NCBI GenBank assembly: GCA_041577335.1
Contig: JBFGJH010000001.1
Location: forward strand, 68,221-132,220
Source: Acidimicrobiia bacterium
GTDB taxonomy: Bacteria > Actinomycetota > Acidimicrobiia > Spongiisociales > JAENVV01
DNA: 64,000 nt
Direction of reading: 5' to 3'
Of this stretch, positions 38,174 through 48,607 are shown piece by piece. The translations under genes and the position numbers were made by a program. A model generated the notes under the pieces. That model was not told the DNA's origin and did no database searches. It saw only the letters and a program-made list of their open reading frames with translations. The first letter of the stretch is position 1. Each line of letters starts with the position of its first letter.

Positions 38174-39017
38174 GACTGCCGTTCGCCTCATCGAGCGTGC
38201 TGCGCAAGCCGGACAGCGAGCAATCCCCTGTTTTGACATCGCCGGGGGCAACCCTGACATCGCCATGGCTATCGGCGAAACCCTCACGAGACGGGGCGGA
38301 TTTGCATTGCTTTCTTCCACACCCGACTCCATCAGCTCGTATCACGGGATGGAACGATTCGCCGAGACGGTGGACTGGGTTGCACGGGAATGCGAGCACC
38401 GGGTATCGCCTCATCTCGACCACGCGCGGGCGCTCGAGCCGATCCAAGAAGCTCTGCGGTGTGGGGTTCGGTCGATCATGTTTGATGGGTCGTTTCTGCC
38501 GGTTGAAGAAAACGCAGCTGCCACGAGCTCGGTGGTTGCCGTGGCGCACGGGCATGGTGCCTCTGTCGAAGCCGAACTAGGTGTGATAGGCGGCAAGGAG
38601 GATGAAATCGTGGCAGAGGGCGGAGAGCTACCTTCACTGGAGGAGTGCCGGTCATTCGTCGAACGATGCCGGCCCGACCTTTTCGCTCCGGCAATCGGCA
38701 CCCAGCATGGTCCTGTCAAAGAGCAACCTGCCATTTCGTGGGAGCTTGTCGAAGGCCTCAAATCGCACACCCCAACCGTCGAGCTCGTGCTGCACGGTAC
38801 AACCGGCCTCGAGACGGCCAGCGTCAAGAGGGCCCTCGACGCCGGATTCTCGAAGGTGAACTACGCAACTGCGATCAGGATGGCATTCAACGCCGGTGTG
38901 CAGGCGTCGCTGAACGGAGCCTCGGTCCGTACCAAGCCTCAGACTCACCTCGCCGCAGGGCGCTCGCATGTTGCCGCTACCGTGGAAGCCATCATGGACG
39001 CGCTGGCAGAACTATGA
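38166..39017 (+). CDS. Class II fructose/tagatose-bisphosphate aldolase family protein
   Basis: HLDH, MFDGS, VEAELGVIGG, AIGTQHG, LVLHG and KVNYAT. Confidence 0.9.
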   Translation: MAETAVRLIERAAQAGQRAIPCFDIAGGNPDIAMAIGETLTRRGGFALLSSTPDSISSYHGMERFAETVDWVARECEHRVSPHLDHARALEPIQEALRCGVRSIMFDGSFLPVEENAAATSSVVAVAHGHGASVEAELGVIGGKEDEIVAEGGELPSLEECRSFVERCRPDLFAPAIGTQHGPVKEQPAISWELVEGLKSHTPTVELVLHGTTGLETASVKRALDAGFSKVNYATAIRMAFNAGVQASLNGASVRTKPQTHLAAGRSHVAATVEAIMDALAEL

Positions 39018-40768
39018 CCACCGCAGCAGATCCCACGGCACCGCTTCTCATTCTCGGCAGTCACCGCTCGGGCACGAGCGCTGTTGCCGGCATGTTCAGC
39101 GCACTCGGCCTCAGCATGGGCGAGTTGCTGCCGCCCGGGCCAGACAATCCGCGCGGCTACTACGAGACAGCCGAAATCCTCAGAGCCCACGAAGACCTCC
39201 TTCGCCAGCTCGAACATGACTGGGTGTGGCCACCTCATCGCTTCTCCGGGAATGCGGTCGACTCGACTCGGCTCGCCAACGCCATCGAGTCCATCGAAAC
39301 CGATCGACCCTGGGGCGTGAAGGATCCGCGGAGCATGTTTTTGCTCCCCGCCTGGACCAATATCGTCCCGCGCTTTCGAATGGTGGGTGTCGTCCGAGAT
39401 CCTGCCTCGATTGCGAAGTCGCTGCTCTCGCGCAACAACTTCTCCCCAGAACAAGCGCACGTCATCGTGGACAGATACGTGAGACGCCTCCACGATCTTT
39501 GGAAGTATCTCGATTTTCCGATCGTTGACTTTGACGCCGACCCAGCCACGACGGCCGAGCGTGTGCGGGCGATCGCGGCATTTCATGGGCTGGAGGGCGA
39601 CGCCCCCGGCCAGGTGTTCGAGTCGAGCCTTCGCCATCATGGGGGACACGATGGCAGCGACTTCGAGCACGTCGCCGAACTCAAAGCAGCAGCATCGGCG
39701 ACAATCGACTCTCTGGGTGATTTCTCGCGCGAGCAGGTCCACGAAGCCCTGGACCGCATCACCGAGCAGGCCGCCGGCCCCAACATCGCCATGGGGCCAG
39801 GATTGGACGTCCGCTCGCGCGAGCTTCGTGACCGGGCGGCGATTCGTCAGCCGGGCTCCTTCCAGACCCTGGTACTCCACCCTTCTCATTCAACCTCCGC
39901 AATGCCCGTGGCTGACGTCGATCCCGAAATCTCCGTTCTTGCCAAGAACGGTCCGCCCGACGGCCGCTTCGGCATTGTTGTGGGTGCGGGCGTGCTGGAG
40001 GAGACGAGCAACCTGCGAGAACTCTTGGCCGAGTTGGATTCCGTGACCTCGGTTCCTGCCACCGTGGCACTTGACGGTCTGCTCGTCACCGCCCAGCCGG
40101 TACCTGACACATCATGGTTTGAAGGTGCCGCCGTTGCCTCGCATCTGTCTGGCGAGCCCTACCACCATCACGTGGCCGAAATCTACGCCGCCGTTTCCTC
40201 CACTCAATTCATCGTCGAGAGCATCTCGCCTTTGCGGCGGGAGGGCGGCCGCAGCGTCGTGATGCTGACAAAAGGCCACGGCACGACGATGTCTGCGGAC
40301 TTTTTTGAAGGCCTCTCCGCCATCGATGGGCTGCACACGCGGATCGCACAGTTGGAAGGCGATCTGGCCCATCGCGACAACCTCATTCACGATCTGACCT
40401 TGGAGCGCGACGCAGCGGCAGCAGCGTCGACCGCCGTCGAGCGCCTCGTCCATGAGGTCAGCGTATTGGACGCCGAACGCCAGGACCTGAGCTTCAAGCT
40501 GCACCGCGCAGAAATCGAGGTACGGGCGCGGCGCTCCGCGTATGAGAACCTGCTTCGCGATGACTCCGGGTTACGCCACTGGAACCGCGATCTCGTCCAA
40601 GAGGTTGGCGCCCAAGGAAAGGCGATCGCCAAGCTCGAGAAAGACCTGGCCTCCACGAAGAAGTCTCTCGAAGCACTGCGAGCAAAGGTGGACAAGGTGA
40701 AGCGCCTCGTGCCTTCCTTCGTGCGACCCGTGGGAAGCGCAATACTGGGAAGAAGCTCCAAGCAGTGA
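39014..40768 (+). CDS. Sulfotransferase-family protein with C-terminal coiled coil
   Basis: LILGSHRSGTS, NPRGYYE, WGVKDPR and VVRDPASIAKSL; heptad-rich region at about 40310-40700. Confidence 0.8.
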   Translation: MTTAADPTAPLLILGSHRSGTSAVAGMFSALGLSMGELLPPGPDNPRGYYETAEILRAHEDLLRQLEHDWVWPPHRFSGNAVDSTRLANAIESIETDRPWGVKDPRSMFLLPAWTNIVPRFRMVGVVRDPASIAKSLLSRNNFSPEQAHVIVDRYVRRLHDLWKYLDFPIVDFDADPATTAERVRAIAAFHGLEGDAPGQVFESSLRHHGGHDGSDFEHVAELKAAASATIDSLGDFSREQVHEALDRITEQAAGPNIAMGPGLDVRSRELRDRAAIRQPGSFQTLVLHPSHSTSAMPVADVDPEISVLAKNGPPDGRFGIVVGAGVLEETSNLRELLAELDSVTSVPATVALDGLLVTAQPVPDTSWFEGAAVASHLSGEPYHHHVAEIYAAVSSTQFIVESISPLRREGGRSVVMLTKGHGTTMSADFFEGLSAIDGLHTRIAQLEGDLAHRDNLIHDLTLERDAAAAASTAVERLVHEVSVLDAERQDLSFKLHRAEIEVRARRSAYENLLRDDSGLRHWNRDLVQEVGAQGKAIAKLEKDLASTKKSLEALRAKVDKVKRLVPSFVRPVGSAILGRSSKQ

Positions 40769-42957
40769 CCAGCGCGCTGCCGGCCGTCGATGTCATCATT
40801 CCCATTTACAACGGCTATGACGTGGTCGGCAACTGCATCGAATCTGTCTTGGCCAATACCCATGGGCCGGCGAGCGAAATCGGCGTGATCCTCGCAGACG
40901 ACGCCAGTCCCGATCCGCGCATCGGACCGCTCCTCGAAGAGTTCGCCGCTCGTGATGATCGAGTTCAGGTCCACTCGCGAACGGTCAACCTCGGGTTTCC
41001 CGAGAATTGCAATGAATCGATGCGTGCCTCGAGACGGGACATCGTGATTCTCAACAGCGACACGGAGGTCCCGCCCGGCTGGCTGACCCGTTTGTGCACG
41101 AAGGCGGCCAGCTCGGCGCGGGTGGGATCCGTCACGCCGCTCACGAACAACGGCACCGTGTGCAGCGTCCCGGAGTGGCTCAAGAACAACCCGTTCGGTT
41201 CGCTCGACACGAATGCTCTCGATGAAATAGCCCAGGCGACGGCCACCGGCTTGTGGATCGAGCTGCCCACGGGAGTTGGTTTCTGCCAATACTTCACTCG
41301 GACTGCGCTTGATACCTGTGGCTATTTCGACGGCGCAGTGTTTGGCAAGGGATACGGCGAGGAGAACGATCTCTGCCTCCGTATCCGTCATGAGGGGCTT
41401 GTCAATCTGCTCGCCGACGATGTGTTTGTCTCACACATCGGAGGAGTCTCGTTCTCTGAGGCGGGGACCTCCCGCCTAGACGAGAACCTCGCCAAAATCG
41501 GGCGACTGTGGCCCGACTACCACGCGCTGATCCAGGAATTCATCGCCGATAACCCATTGGCGGGCGTTCAGGCGAGATTCGGGTTGGAAATGTTGCGCCG
41601 AACGCCGCGAAGTCCGGGCAAACCTCGCGTTCTGTACATGCTTCACAATGCCATCTGGGGCACCGTGATCGGCGGTACGGAGTTTCATGTCCAAGACCTG
41701 GTCGAGGCGCTCAGGGGCGAGATCGAGCCGATCATCCTGTCGCCTCGCCACGGAACACGACCAATTCTGCAATGGGATGACAGAGGACACGTCCGATCGT
41801 TTCCTATCGCCTATTCGTTCGACAGTGAGTGGGTCAGACAGCTTCTGAGCAGCGGCATCGACCTAGTCCACATCCACCACTGGATCGACTTTCCCGCCGA
41901 TGCCCTCTCCGAAGTGCTGGCCGTGTGCGCAGCCGTCGGCATCCCAACAGTCGTATCGCTTCATGACTACTACGCAGCCTGTCCAGGAATCCAGCTGCTG
42001 GACGCTCGAACCAAGCAACCGTGTGTTTCTCTCGAGGGAACCGATCGGTGCGATGGATGCGAAATCAAGGCGGGCCGCACCGCACGGATCGACGTCGAAG
42101 GGTGGCGCCGGGAACATCGCGCCGCGCTCGCCCAGGCGAGCTTGATCGTCTCTCCTTCGGAGGCGGCGCGCCACGTGCTTCTCCAAGGTCTCAGGGATGC
42201 GGGACCGCAACTCGACGTTCATGTCGAACCCCACGCATTGCCTACTAGTTGGCCGTCCCCGACCCCGAAGGAGCCCGCCGAGCCCTATCGGATTTCCGTC
42301 ATTGGCTACGGCGGCGCCCACAAAGGAGACCGGGTCTTGATCGACCTCATTGCGCACCTCGACGGTCTCGAGCTCGAGTGGCATTTCTACGGCCGCAAGA
42401 AGCTTCGCGACCTTCCCGACGAACCGCCCTACTTCTTCCATGGGACCTACGAACGGGATGCGCTGCACGACTGGCTGGTTGAAGACGACTTTGCCCTACT
42501 TGTCTCTACCTGGCCCGAAACCTTCTCGTACACACTCTCCGAAGCCTGGTCGGCAGGTCTTCCCGTGTTCGCGACTGCTCACGGCGCCTTACAGGAACGC
42601 GTGAGCGAGGCAGGGGCCGGCATGTTGCTCAGTGACGACCCCGCAGCGGCTGCCACCGAGATCAGAGCCGCGCTAGCGGACCCTGATCGGATTCTGGCGA
42701 TGCAGCGAGCTACCAAGTACGCTGCCCAGGCGCTGCGCACCCTCCCGGAGATGGCCACGGCCTATCTCGGGCATTACCGGGCGCTCCTCGCCGCCGCGTC
42801 ACCCGCTGCAATCGTCCCTTCGGCTCACGAGCCGGGCCTCGACGAGGTCGAAAACTTGATGGGATCCTTCCGCTCGCCGCTGCCAGCCGTCGATGTGTCC
42901 CGGGAGGAGCTGGCGACGCCAGTCGTCCATCAAGCCGGGGGGCGCCCACCGAGATGA
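40765..42957 (+). CDS. Bifunctional GT2 + GT4 glycosyltransferase
   Basis: IIPIYNG, DDASPD, LNSDTEV and GYGEENDL, then GGTEFH, SLHDYY and WPETFSYTLSEAW. Confidence 0.9.
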   Translation: MTSALPAVDVIIPIYNGYDVVGNCIESVLANTHGPASEIGVILADDASPDPRIGPLLEEFAARDDRVQVHSRTVNLGFPENCNESMRASRRDIVILNSDTEVPPGWLTRLCTKAASSARVGSVTPLTNNGTVCSVPEWLKNNPFGSLDTNALDEIAQATATGLWIELPTGVGFCQYFTRTALDTCGYFDGAVFGKGYGEENDLCLRIRHEGLVNLLADDVFVSHIGGVSFSEAGTSRLDENLAKIGRLWPDYHALIQEFIADNPLAGVQARFGLEMLRRTPRSPGKPRVLYMLHNAIWGTVIGGTEFHVQDLVEALRGEIEPIILSPRHGTRPILQWDDRGHVRSFPIAYSFDSEWVRQLLSSGIDLVHIHHWIDFPADALSEVLAVCAAVGIPTVVSLHDYYAACPGIQLLDARTKQPCVSLEGTDRCDGCEIKAGRTARIDVEGWRREHRAALAQASLIVSPSEAARHVLLQGLRDAGPQLDVHVEPHALPTSWPSPTPKEPAEPYRISVIGYGGAHKGDRVLIDLIAHLDGLELEWHFYGRKKLRDLPDEPPYFFHGTYERDALHDWLVEDDFALLVSTWPETFSYTLSEAWSAGLPVFATAHGALQERVSEAGAGMLLSDDPAAAATEIRAALADPDRILAMQRATKYAAQALRTLPEMATAYLGHYRALLAAASPAAIVPSAHEPGLDEVENLMGSFRSPLPAVDVSREELATPVVHQAGGRPPR

Positions 42958-44891
42958 TCGGTGACACGACGCGAGATCGAGCGCCCGTCGAGGCCGAATC
43001 TCATGGCAAGGACGCCGTCGGGCGCCGACGCACCGAATCGGTCGATTCCGATAGCCAAACCGTCATCACCCACTATCCGCTCCCAGCCAAACGTGGCAGC
43101 TGCCTCGATCGACACACGTGGTATTCCGTCGCCGAGCACCTGAGCCCGATACGCGGGGTCCTGGTCGAAGAACGCCTCCCAACAAGGCAAGCTGACCACC
43201 CGGGCTGAAATACCGTCGGCTGCCAGGATCTCGGCCGCCTCGAGCGATGCTGAGACCTCTGATCCCGTGGCCACGAGCACAACGTCGTCGCCGTCACGAA
43301 TCACGTAGCCGCCCTTGGCCACCTGCCCTGCTCGATCCCCACGGTCGAGCACCGCCAGCCCTTGTCGACTGTGCAGCAACGCCGTCGGACCGTCGGTTCG
43401 GTTGAGGGCCATCTCCCATGCTTCCACTGCCTCGCCGGCATCGGCTGGGCGAATCACCCACATGTTGGGCATGGCCCGCAGCGAGGCAAGCTGCTCGATT
43501 GGTTGGTGGGTGGGACCGTCTTCGCCGAGGAACACCGAATCGTGGGTGAAGACCCAAATGCTCGGAGCGCCCATCAGCGCAGCCAGCCGCAGAGCCGGGC
43601 GCATGTAGTCGCTGAACACGAAGAACGTCGCACCGTAGGGACGAAGACCACCGTGGACGGCCATGCCGTTGACGATGGTGGCCATGGCGTGCTCACGGAT
43701 GCCAAAAGCGATATCGCGGGCGGAACGATCCGTCTTGCCGAAAATGGTGTCGGCGATCTGGGTCTTGGTGGATCCCACGAGGTCGGCCGCTCCCCCGATG
43801 AACCCTGGCACCTTCTCGGCGATCTCCCCGAACAGTTTTCCGTTGACAGCCCGGGTTGCGACCTTCGAGCCGATCTCGAAGCCGGGGCCGTCGAGCGACA
43901 CCGCTTCGCCATCGAAGAAAGCCGCCCATTGAGCCTTCTGATCGGACGAGGCAGCATCCCAGCGCTCTGACCATTCTTTGTAGGCGTGGCGACCCCGATC
44001 CATGCTCTTGCTGAACATCTCCGCGACGTCGTCAGGAACAAAGAACTGCTGATCGGTCGGCCAACCCATCGCTTCCTTGGTCAGGGCGATCTCGTCGGGA
44101 CCGAGGGGAGAACCGTGCGCCGAGGCCGTGTCCTGTTTGTGGGGTGATCCGTGACCGATGTGGGTGTGGGCGACGACGAGGCTCGGCTGGTCGTAGTGCT
44201 CGAGAGCGGCCTCGGTGGCCTCGCGAATCGCTCCACGATCGTGCCCGTCGATATCGACCGTATGCCAGCCGGCGGCTCGGAAGCGGGCGCCAACATCCTC
44301 GGTGAACGCGAGATCGGTTGAGCCGTCGATGGAGATCTCGTTGTCGTCGTAGTAGTAGGTCAGCTTGCCAAGGCCGAGATGGCCGGCCAGCGATGCAGTC
44401 TCGTAGGAGATGCCCTCCATCAGATCTCCATCGGAGACGAACCCCCAGATGCGATGGCTGACAAAATCCGATCCCAGACGAGCCCTGAGGTGCTCTTCCG
44501 CCAGTGCCATTCCCACTCCGGTGCCAAACCCTTGCCCAAGCGGTCCCGTTGTCATCTCGATTCCGAGATGTGGCTCTCGCTCTGGATGGCCGGCGGTTGG
44601 CGAGCCCCACTGACGGAAGTTCTTGATGTCGTCCATCGTCAGGGGGAAGCCGGCGAGATGGAGCAGCGAGTAGAGGAGCATCGAGCCGTGGCCGTTGGAA
44701 AGAACAAAGCGATCTCGATCCGGCCATTCCGGCTGATCGGGGTTGACGGTCAAGAACTCCGTCCACAGCACGACGGCCAAATCGGCCATGCCCATCGGCA
44801 TCCCGGGGTGGCCGCTGTTGGCAGCTTGGACACCGTCCATCGCCAAGCCCTTGATGGTGTTGACAGCGCGTTGTTGGACGTCATTCGTCAT
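42930..44891 (-). CDS. tkt: Transketolase
   Basis: SGHPG, TTGPLGQG, SDGDLMEG, FGIREHAM and GEDGPTHQP. Confidence 0.97.
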   Translation of the reverse strand: MTNDVQQRAVNTIKGLAMDGVQAANSGHPGMPMGMADLAVVLWTEFLTVNPDQPEWPDRDRFVLSNGHGSMLLYSLLHLAGFPLTMDDIKNFRQWGSPTAGHPEREPHLGIEMTTGPLGQGFGTGVGMALAEEHLRARLGSDFVSHRIWGFVSDGDLMEGISYETASLAGHLGLGKLTYYYDDNEISIDGSTDLAFTEDVGARFRAAGWHTVDIDGHDRGAIREATEAALEHYDQPSLVVAHTHIGHGSPHKQDTASAHGSPLGPDEIALTKEAMGWPTDQQFFVPDDVAEMFSKSMDRGRHAYKEWSERWDAASSDQKAQWAAFFDGEAVSLDGPGFEIGSKVATRAVNGKLFGEIAEKVPGFIGGAADLVGSTKTQIADTIFGKTDRSARDIAFGIREHAMATIVNGMAVHGGLRPYGATFFVFSDYMRPALRLAALMGAPSIWVFTHDSVFLGEDGPTHQPIEQLASLRAMPNMWVIRPADAGEAVEAWEMALNRTDGPTALLHSRQGLAVLDRGDRAGQVAKGGYVIRDGDDVVLVATGSEVSASLEAAEILAADGISARVVSLPCWEAFFDQDPAYRAQVLGDGIPRVSIEAAATFGWERIVGDDGLAIGIDRFGASAPDGVLAMRFGLDGRSISRRVTDHLGGRPPA

Positions 44892-45059
44892 GGTCGGGGT
44901 CTACCTCCACGGTCAGCCGCCAGCGTAGCGATCGTCTCCTGGCTTACCCATTCATGCCGCCGGGGCTAGCCAGGGGCAGGGCGGGTCGGTACACTGCCCC
45001 GCATTCTTCACGCCATAGGGGGCTGTGGCGAATCTCTGACTGCTTGAAAGGAGTCGCGC

Positions 45060-46790
45060 TTGTCCAATCAACTCATCGAGCCGCACGGAGGCGAGCTCGT
45101 AGATCTATACGCCACGCCGGCACGCATCGAGGAGCTGAAGGCGGAATCGCGGGACTATGTGTCCTGGGACCTCCGGGGGCGCCAAATCTACGACCTCGAA
45201 CTGCTGATGTGCGGTGCGTTCTCTCCCCTGCGCGGCTTCATGACCAAGGCGGAGTATCAAGGTGTCGTCGACTCGATGAGGCTCCCCGATGGCGCCCTGT
45301 GGCCGATGCCGATAACGCTCGACGTCGACGAGGAATTAGCCGCGCAGGTCAGCGCCGGAGACAAGGTCGCCCTACGGGACGAAGAGGGCGTGATGCTGGC
45401 CGTGCTCACGGTGGCCGAGGTGTGGAAAGCAGACAAGGCTGCCGAAGCAGAGAAAGTGTTCGGAACCACCAACGAAGAGCATCCGGCGGTGGCCTACTTG
45501 ATGCGCCGTGCCGGAACGCACTACTTGGGAGGCACCGTCGAAGGTGTCGAAGCACCCCATCACTACGACTTCCGCCGCCTCCGCAACACACCTGCCGAGC
45601 TACGTGTCGAGTTCGTACGCCAGGGCTTCACCAAGGTCGTTGCTTTCCAGACACGCAACCCGATGCACCGAGCGCATGCCGAACTGACTATGCGAGCGGC
45701 CAAGGAAGTCGAGGCGAACCTGCTCATTCACCCGGTGGTCGGCATGACCAAGCCGGGCGATGTCGACCATTACACCCGCGTTCGCGCCTATCAGGCGATC
45801 ATGGACCGCTATCCGCGTGGTACTGCGATGCTGTCGCTCCTTCCCCTGGCAATGCGGATGGGTGGGCCTCGCGAGGCGGTGTGGCACGCCATCATTCGCA
45901 AGAACTACGGTGTCAGCCACTTCATCGTGGGACGCGATCATGCCGGGCCCGGTTCGGACTCGGCCGGCAACCCCTTTTACGGGCCGTACGACGCACAAGA
46001 GCTCCTCGTTCAACACGAGGGTGAGCTCGGGGTGACGATGGTTCCGTTCAAGCTCATGGTCTACGTTGAGGAACTCGACGCCTATCAGCCAATCGACGAA
46101 GTCAAAGAAGGCATGCGGACACTCTCCATTTCTGGCACCGATCTGCGCGAGCGCCTGTCCATGGGACGTGAGATCCCCGAGTGGTTCACGTTTCCCGAGG
46201 TCGCCGAAGAGCTGCGCCGGACCCACCCTCCGCGCACCAAACAAGGCTTCACGGTGTTCTTCACCGGCCTGTCTGGCTCCGGGAAGTCGACGATCGCCAA
46301 TGCCCTCCTGGTGAAACTGCTGGAGATGGGAGGGCGGCCGGTGACGCTGCTCGACGGCGACGTCGTGCGCAAGAACCTCTCGTCGGAGCTTGGGTTCTCG
46401 AAGGAACACCGCGACTTGAACATCTTGCGTATCGGTTATGTGGCATCGGAGATCACCAAGAACGGCGGTATCGCCATCTGTGCGCCGATCGCTCCCTACG
46501 CCCACACTCGCCAAACCAATCGCGAATTGATCGAGGAGGCCGGTGGCTACATCCTGGTCCATGTTGCGACGCCGCTCGAGGTCTGCGAGCAGCGCGACCG
46601 GAAAGGCCTCTACGCCAAGGCCCGGGCCGGGATCATCCCCGAGTTCACCGGGATCTCAGATCCCTATGAAGAGCCCACCGACGCCGACGTCGTCATCGAC
46701 ACGACCGAGACCACGCCCGAGTCGGCCGCCAATCAAGTGATCCTCCATCTGGAGAAACTGGGCTACTTCTCTGTCCGCCGCAATGGCTAG
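45060..46790 (+). CDS. sat: Bifunctional sulfate adenylyltransferase / APS kinase (PAPS synthase)
   Basis: QTRNPMHRAH and GRDHAG, then GLSGSGKST, LLDGDVVR and FTGISDPYE; AAGGAG before the TTG. Confidence 0.95.
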   Translation: MSNQLIEPHGGELVDLYATPARIEELKAESRDYVSWDLRGRQIYDLELLMCGAFSPLRGFMTKAEYQGVVDSMRLPDGALWPMPITLDVDEELAAQVSAGDKVALRDEEGVMLAVLTVAEVWKADKAAEAEKVFGTTNEEHPAVAYLMRRAGTHYLGGTVEGVEAPHHYDFRRLRNTPAELRVEFVRQGFTKVVAFQTRNPMHRAHAELTMRAAKEVEANLLIHPVVGMTKPGDVDHYTRVRAYQAIMDRYPRGTAMLSLLPLAMRMGGPREAVWHAIIRKNYGVSHFIVGRDHAGPGSDSAGNPFYGPYDAQELLVQHEGELGVTMVPFKLMVYVEELDAYQPIDEVKEGMRTLSISGTDLRERLSMGREIPEWFTFPEVAEELRRTHPPRTKQGFTVFFTGLSGSGKSTIANALLVKLLEMGGRPVTLLDGDVVRKNLSSELGFSKEHRDLNILRIGYVASEITKNGGIAICAPIAPYAHTRQTNRELIEEAGGYILVHVATPLEVCEQRDRKGLYAKARAGIIPEFTGISDPYEEPTDADVVIDTTETTPESAANQVILHLEKLGYFSVRRNG

Positions 46791-46833
46791 AAGCGGGGCG
46801 CATGGTTCGACCCAAGCGCGGCACTAGGTAGCG

Positions 46834-48600
46834 ATGCCATCGGAGGCGTGGCTGACGCTGGCCGTGGTCGCTGCCACGGTGGTGGTTTTGGCTCGCGATT
46901 ATCTTCCACCCTCGGGAGCGATGGTCGGCGCAATGGTGGCTGTCATGGCCTTCGGAATCGTGACGCCCGCCGAAGCCTTGAACGGCTTCAGCAACACCGC
47001 CCCGGCCACGATCGCAGGCCTCTACGTGGTCGCCAAAGCAGTCGAGAAGACCGGGTTCTTGACGCCGTTGGTTCGGCGAATGCTTGGAGAACAGGGATCG
47101 ATCCGATCGTCCCTCACCCGCCTGGTGATCCCGGCTACGGGTGCATCGGCGGTGCTCAACAACACGCCGATCGTGGCGATGCTGATTCCCCAGGTGGAAT
47201 CGTGGTCGCTCCGGCGAGGGTGGCCGGCATCTCGATTCCTCATGCCGCTGTCGTTCGCCGCCATCTTGGGCGGTTCGGTGACATTGATCGGAACCGCGAC
47301 CAACCTCGTCGTGTCCGGCTTGCTCGAGTCCGATGGGTATGACGCCATCGGGTTTTTTGAGATCTCCAAGCTGGGCTTGCCGGTGGCGCTGATCGGCGGC
47401 ATAGCCATCGTCGCTTTGGCGCCCATGTTGCTTCCCATGCGATCCAGTCCACGCGAAGATCTCGAGGAGGCCGACCTCAAATACACCATCGAATACACGA
47501 TCGATGCCAATGGTCCGCTCGATGGAAAGTCCGTGACCGAGGCCAGCCTGCGCAACCTGCACGGCGTGTATCTTGCCCAGATACTCCGGGGAAGTGAGCT
47601 TCTCAGCCCCGTGTCCCCCGAGACCCGACTACGGGGCGGAGACCGGCTTCTCTTCGTGGGGGCGCCGACCGAAGTGGTGGAGTTGACATCCATGGCCGGC
47701 CTGCGATTGTCGGAGGACACTCAGGTGGAACGTCTGGGAACTGGCCGAACTTCGTACTACGAGGTTGTCGTCGGTACGGGCGGCGGCATCGCCGGGCAGA
47801 CACTGCGCGAGCTCGAGTTTCGGAGCCGCTACCAGGCAGCCGTTCTTGCGATCCATCGAGCAGGCAGCCGCGTGGAGGGCCAGCTCGGTCGAATCCCAAT
47901 CCGGGTCGGCGACTCGCTGCTCGTTGCATCGGATTCGAGCTTCGGGCGTCGGTGGACCGACCGTCACGACTTCCTCCTGGTCTCCCCTCTCAACGTCGAG
48001 ACAACTGATCGGCGTCACGCGGCCCGCGTCGTCGGGGTGATCCTCGCCATTGTGGCGATGTCGCTCTTCCTCGACCTGGCACTCATCACAGCCGTGCTCC
48101 TCGCCGCACTCGGCATGGTCCTCGCCCAGGTTCTCAGCCCGACGGAAGCTCGTCAGGCCGTGAACCTCGACGTCATCATCGCCATCGCTGCCGCCTTTGG
48201 TTTGGCAGCCGCCATCGCCGCCTCAGGCCTCGCCGACGCCGTCGCTGCCCGCACCGTCGACCTGTTCGAGCCCTTGGGAACGGCAGGCGTGCTGCTCGGA
48301 ATCGTACTGGCGACGACCGTGCTCAAAGAACTGGTCACGACCAACGCCGCAGCGCTGTTGATGTTCCCGATCGCCATCACCAGCGCGCTCGCCGTGGGAG
48401 CGGATCCCCGGGGATACGCCATCGCTGTGGCGGTGGCTGCCTCGAAGTCTTTTCTGACGCCGATCGGATATCAGACCAACACGATGGTGTATGGTCCCGG
48501 CGGCTACCGCTACTTCGACTACATGCGCTTGGGCATTCCCCTGACCGTGATCGTGATGACGCTGATCATCGTCATCGTCCCGATTGCCTGGCCGAGCTGA
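46834..48600 (+). CDS. SLC13/DASS permease with two TrkA-C domains (probable sulfate uptake)
   Basis: LNNTPIV, TLIGTATNL and FLTPIGYQTNTMVYGPGGY; central TrkA-C repeats. Confidence 0.88.
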   Translation: MPSEAWLTLAVVAATVVVLARDYLPPSGAMVGAMVAVMAFGIVTPAEALNGFSNTAPATIAGLYVVAKAVEKTGFLTPLVRRMLGEQGSIRSSLTRLVIPATGASAVLNNTPIVAMLIPQVESWSLRRGWPASRFLMPLSFAAILGGSVTLIGTATNLVVSGLLESDGYDAIGFFEISKLGLPVALIGGIAIVALAPMLLPMRSSPREDLEEADLKYTIEYTIDANGPLDGKSVTEASLRNLHGVYLAQILRGSELLSPVSPETRLRGGDRLLFVGAPTEVVELTSMAGLRLSEDTQVERLGTGRTSYYEVVVGTGGGIAGQTLRELEFRSRYQAAVLAIHRAGSRVEGQLGRIPIRVGDSLLVASDSSFGRRWTDRHDFLLVSPLNVETTDRRHAARVVGVILAIVAMSLFLDLALITAVLLAALGMVLAQVLSPTEARQAVNLDVIIAIAAAFGLAAAIAASGLADAVAARTVDLFEPLGTAGVLLGIVLATTVLKELVTTNAAALLMFPIAITSALAVGADPRGYAIAVAVAASKSFLTPIGYQTNTMVYGPGGYRYFDYMRLGIPLTVIVMTLIIVIVPIAWPS

Positions 48601-48607
48601 GGACCAT

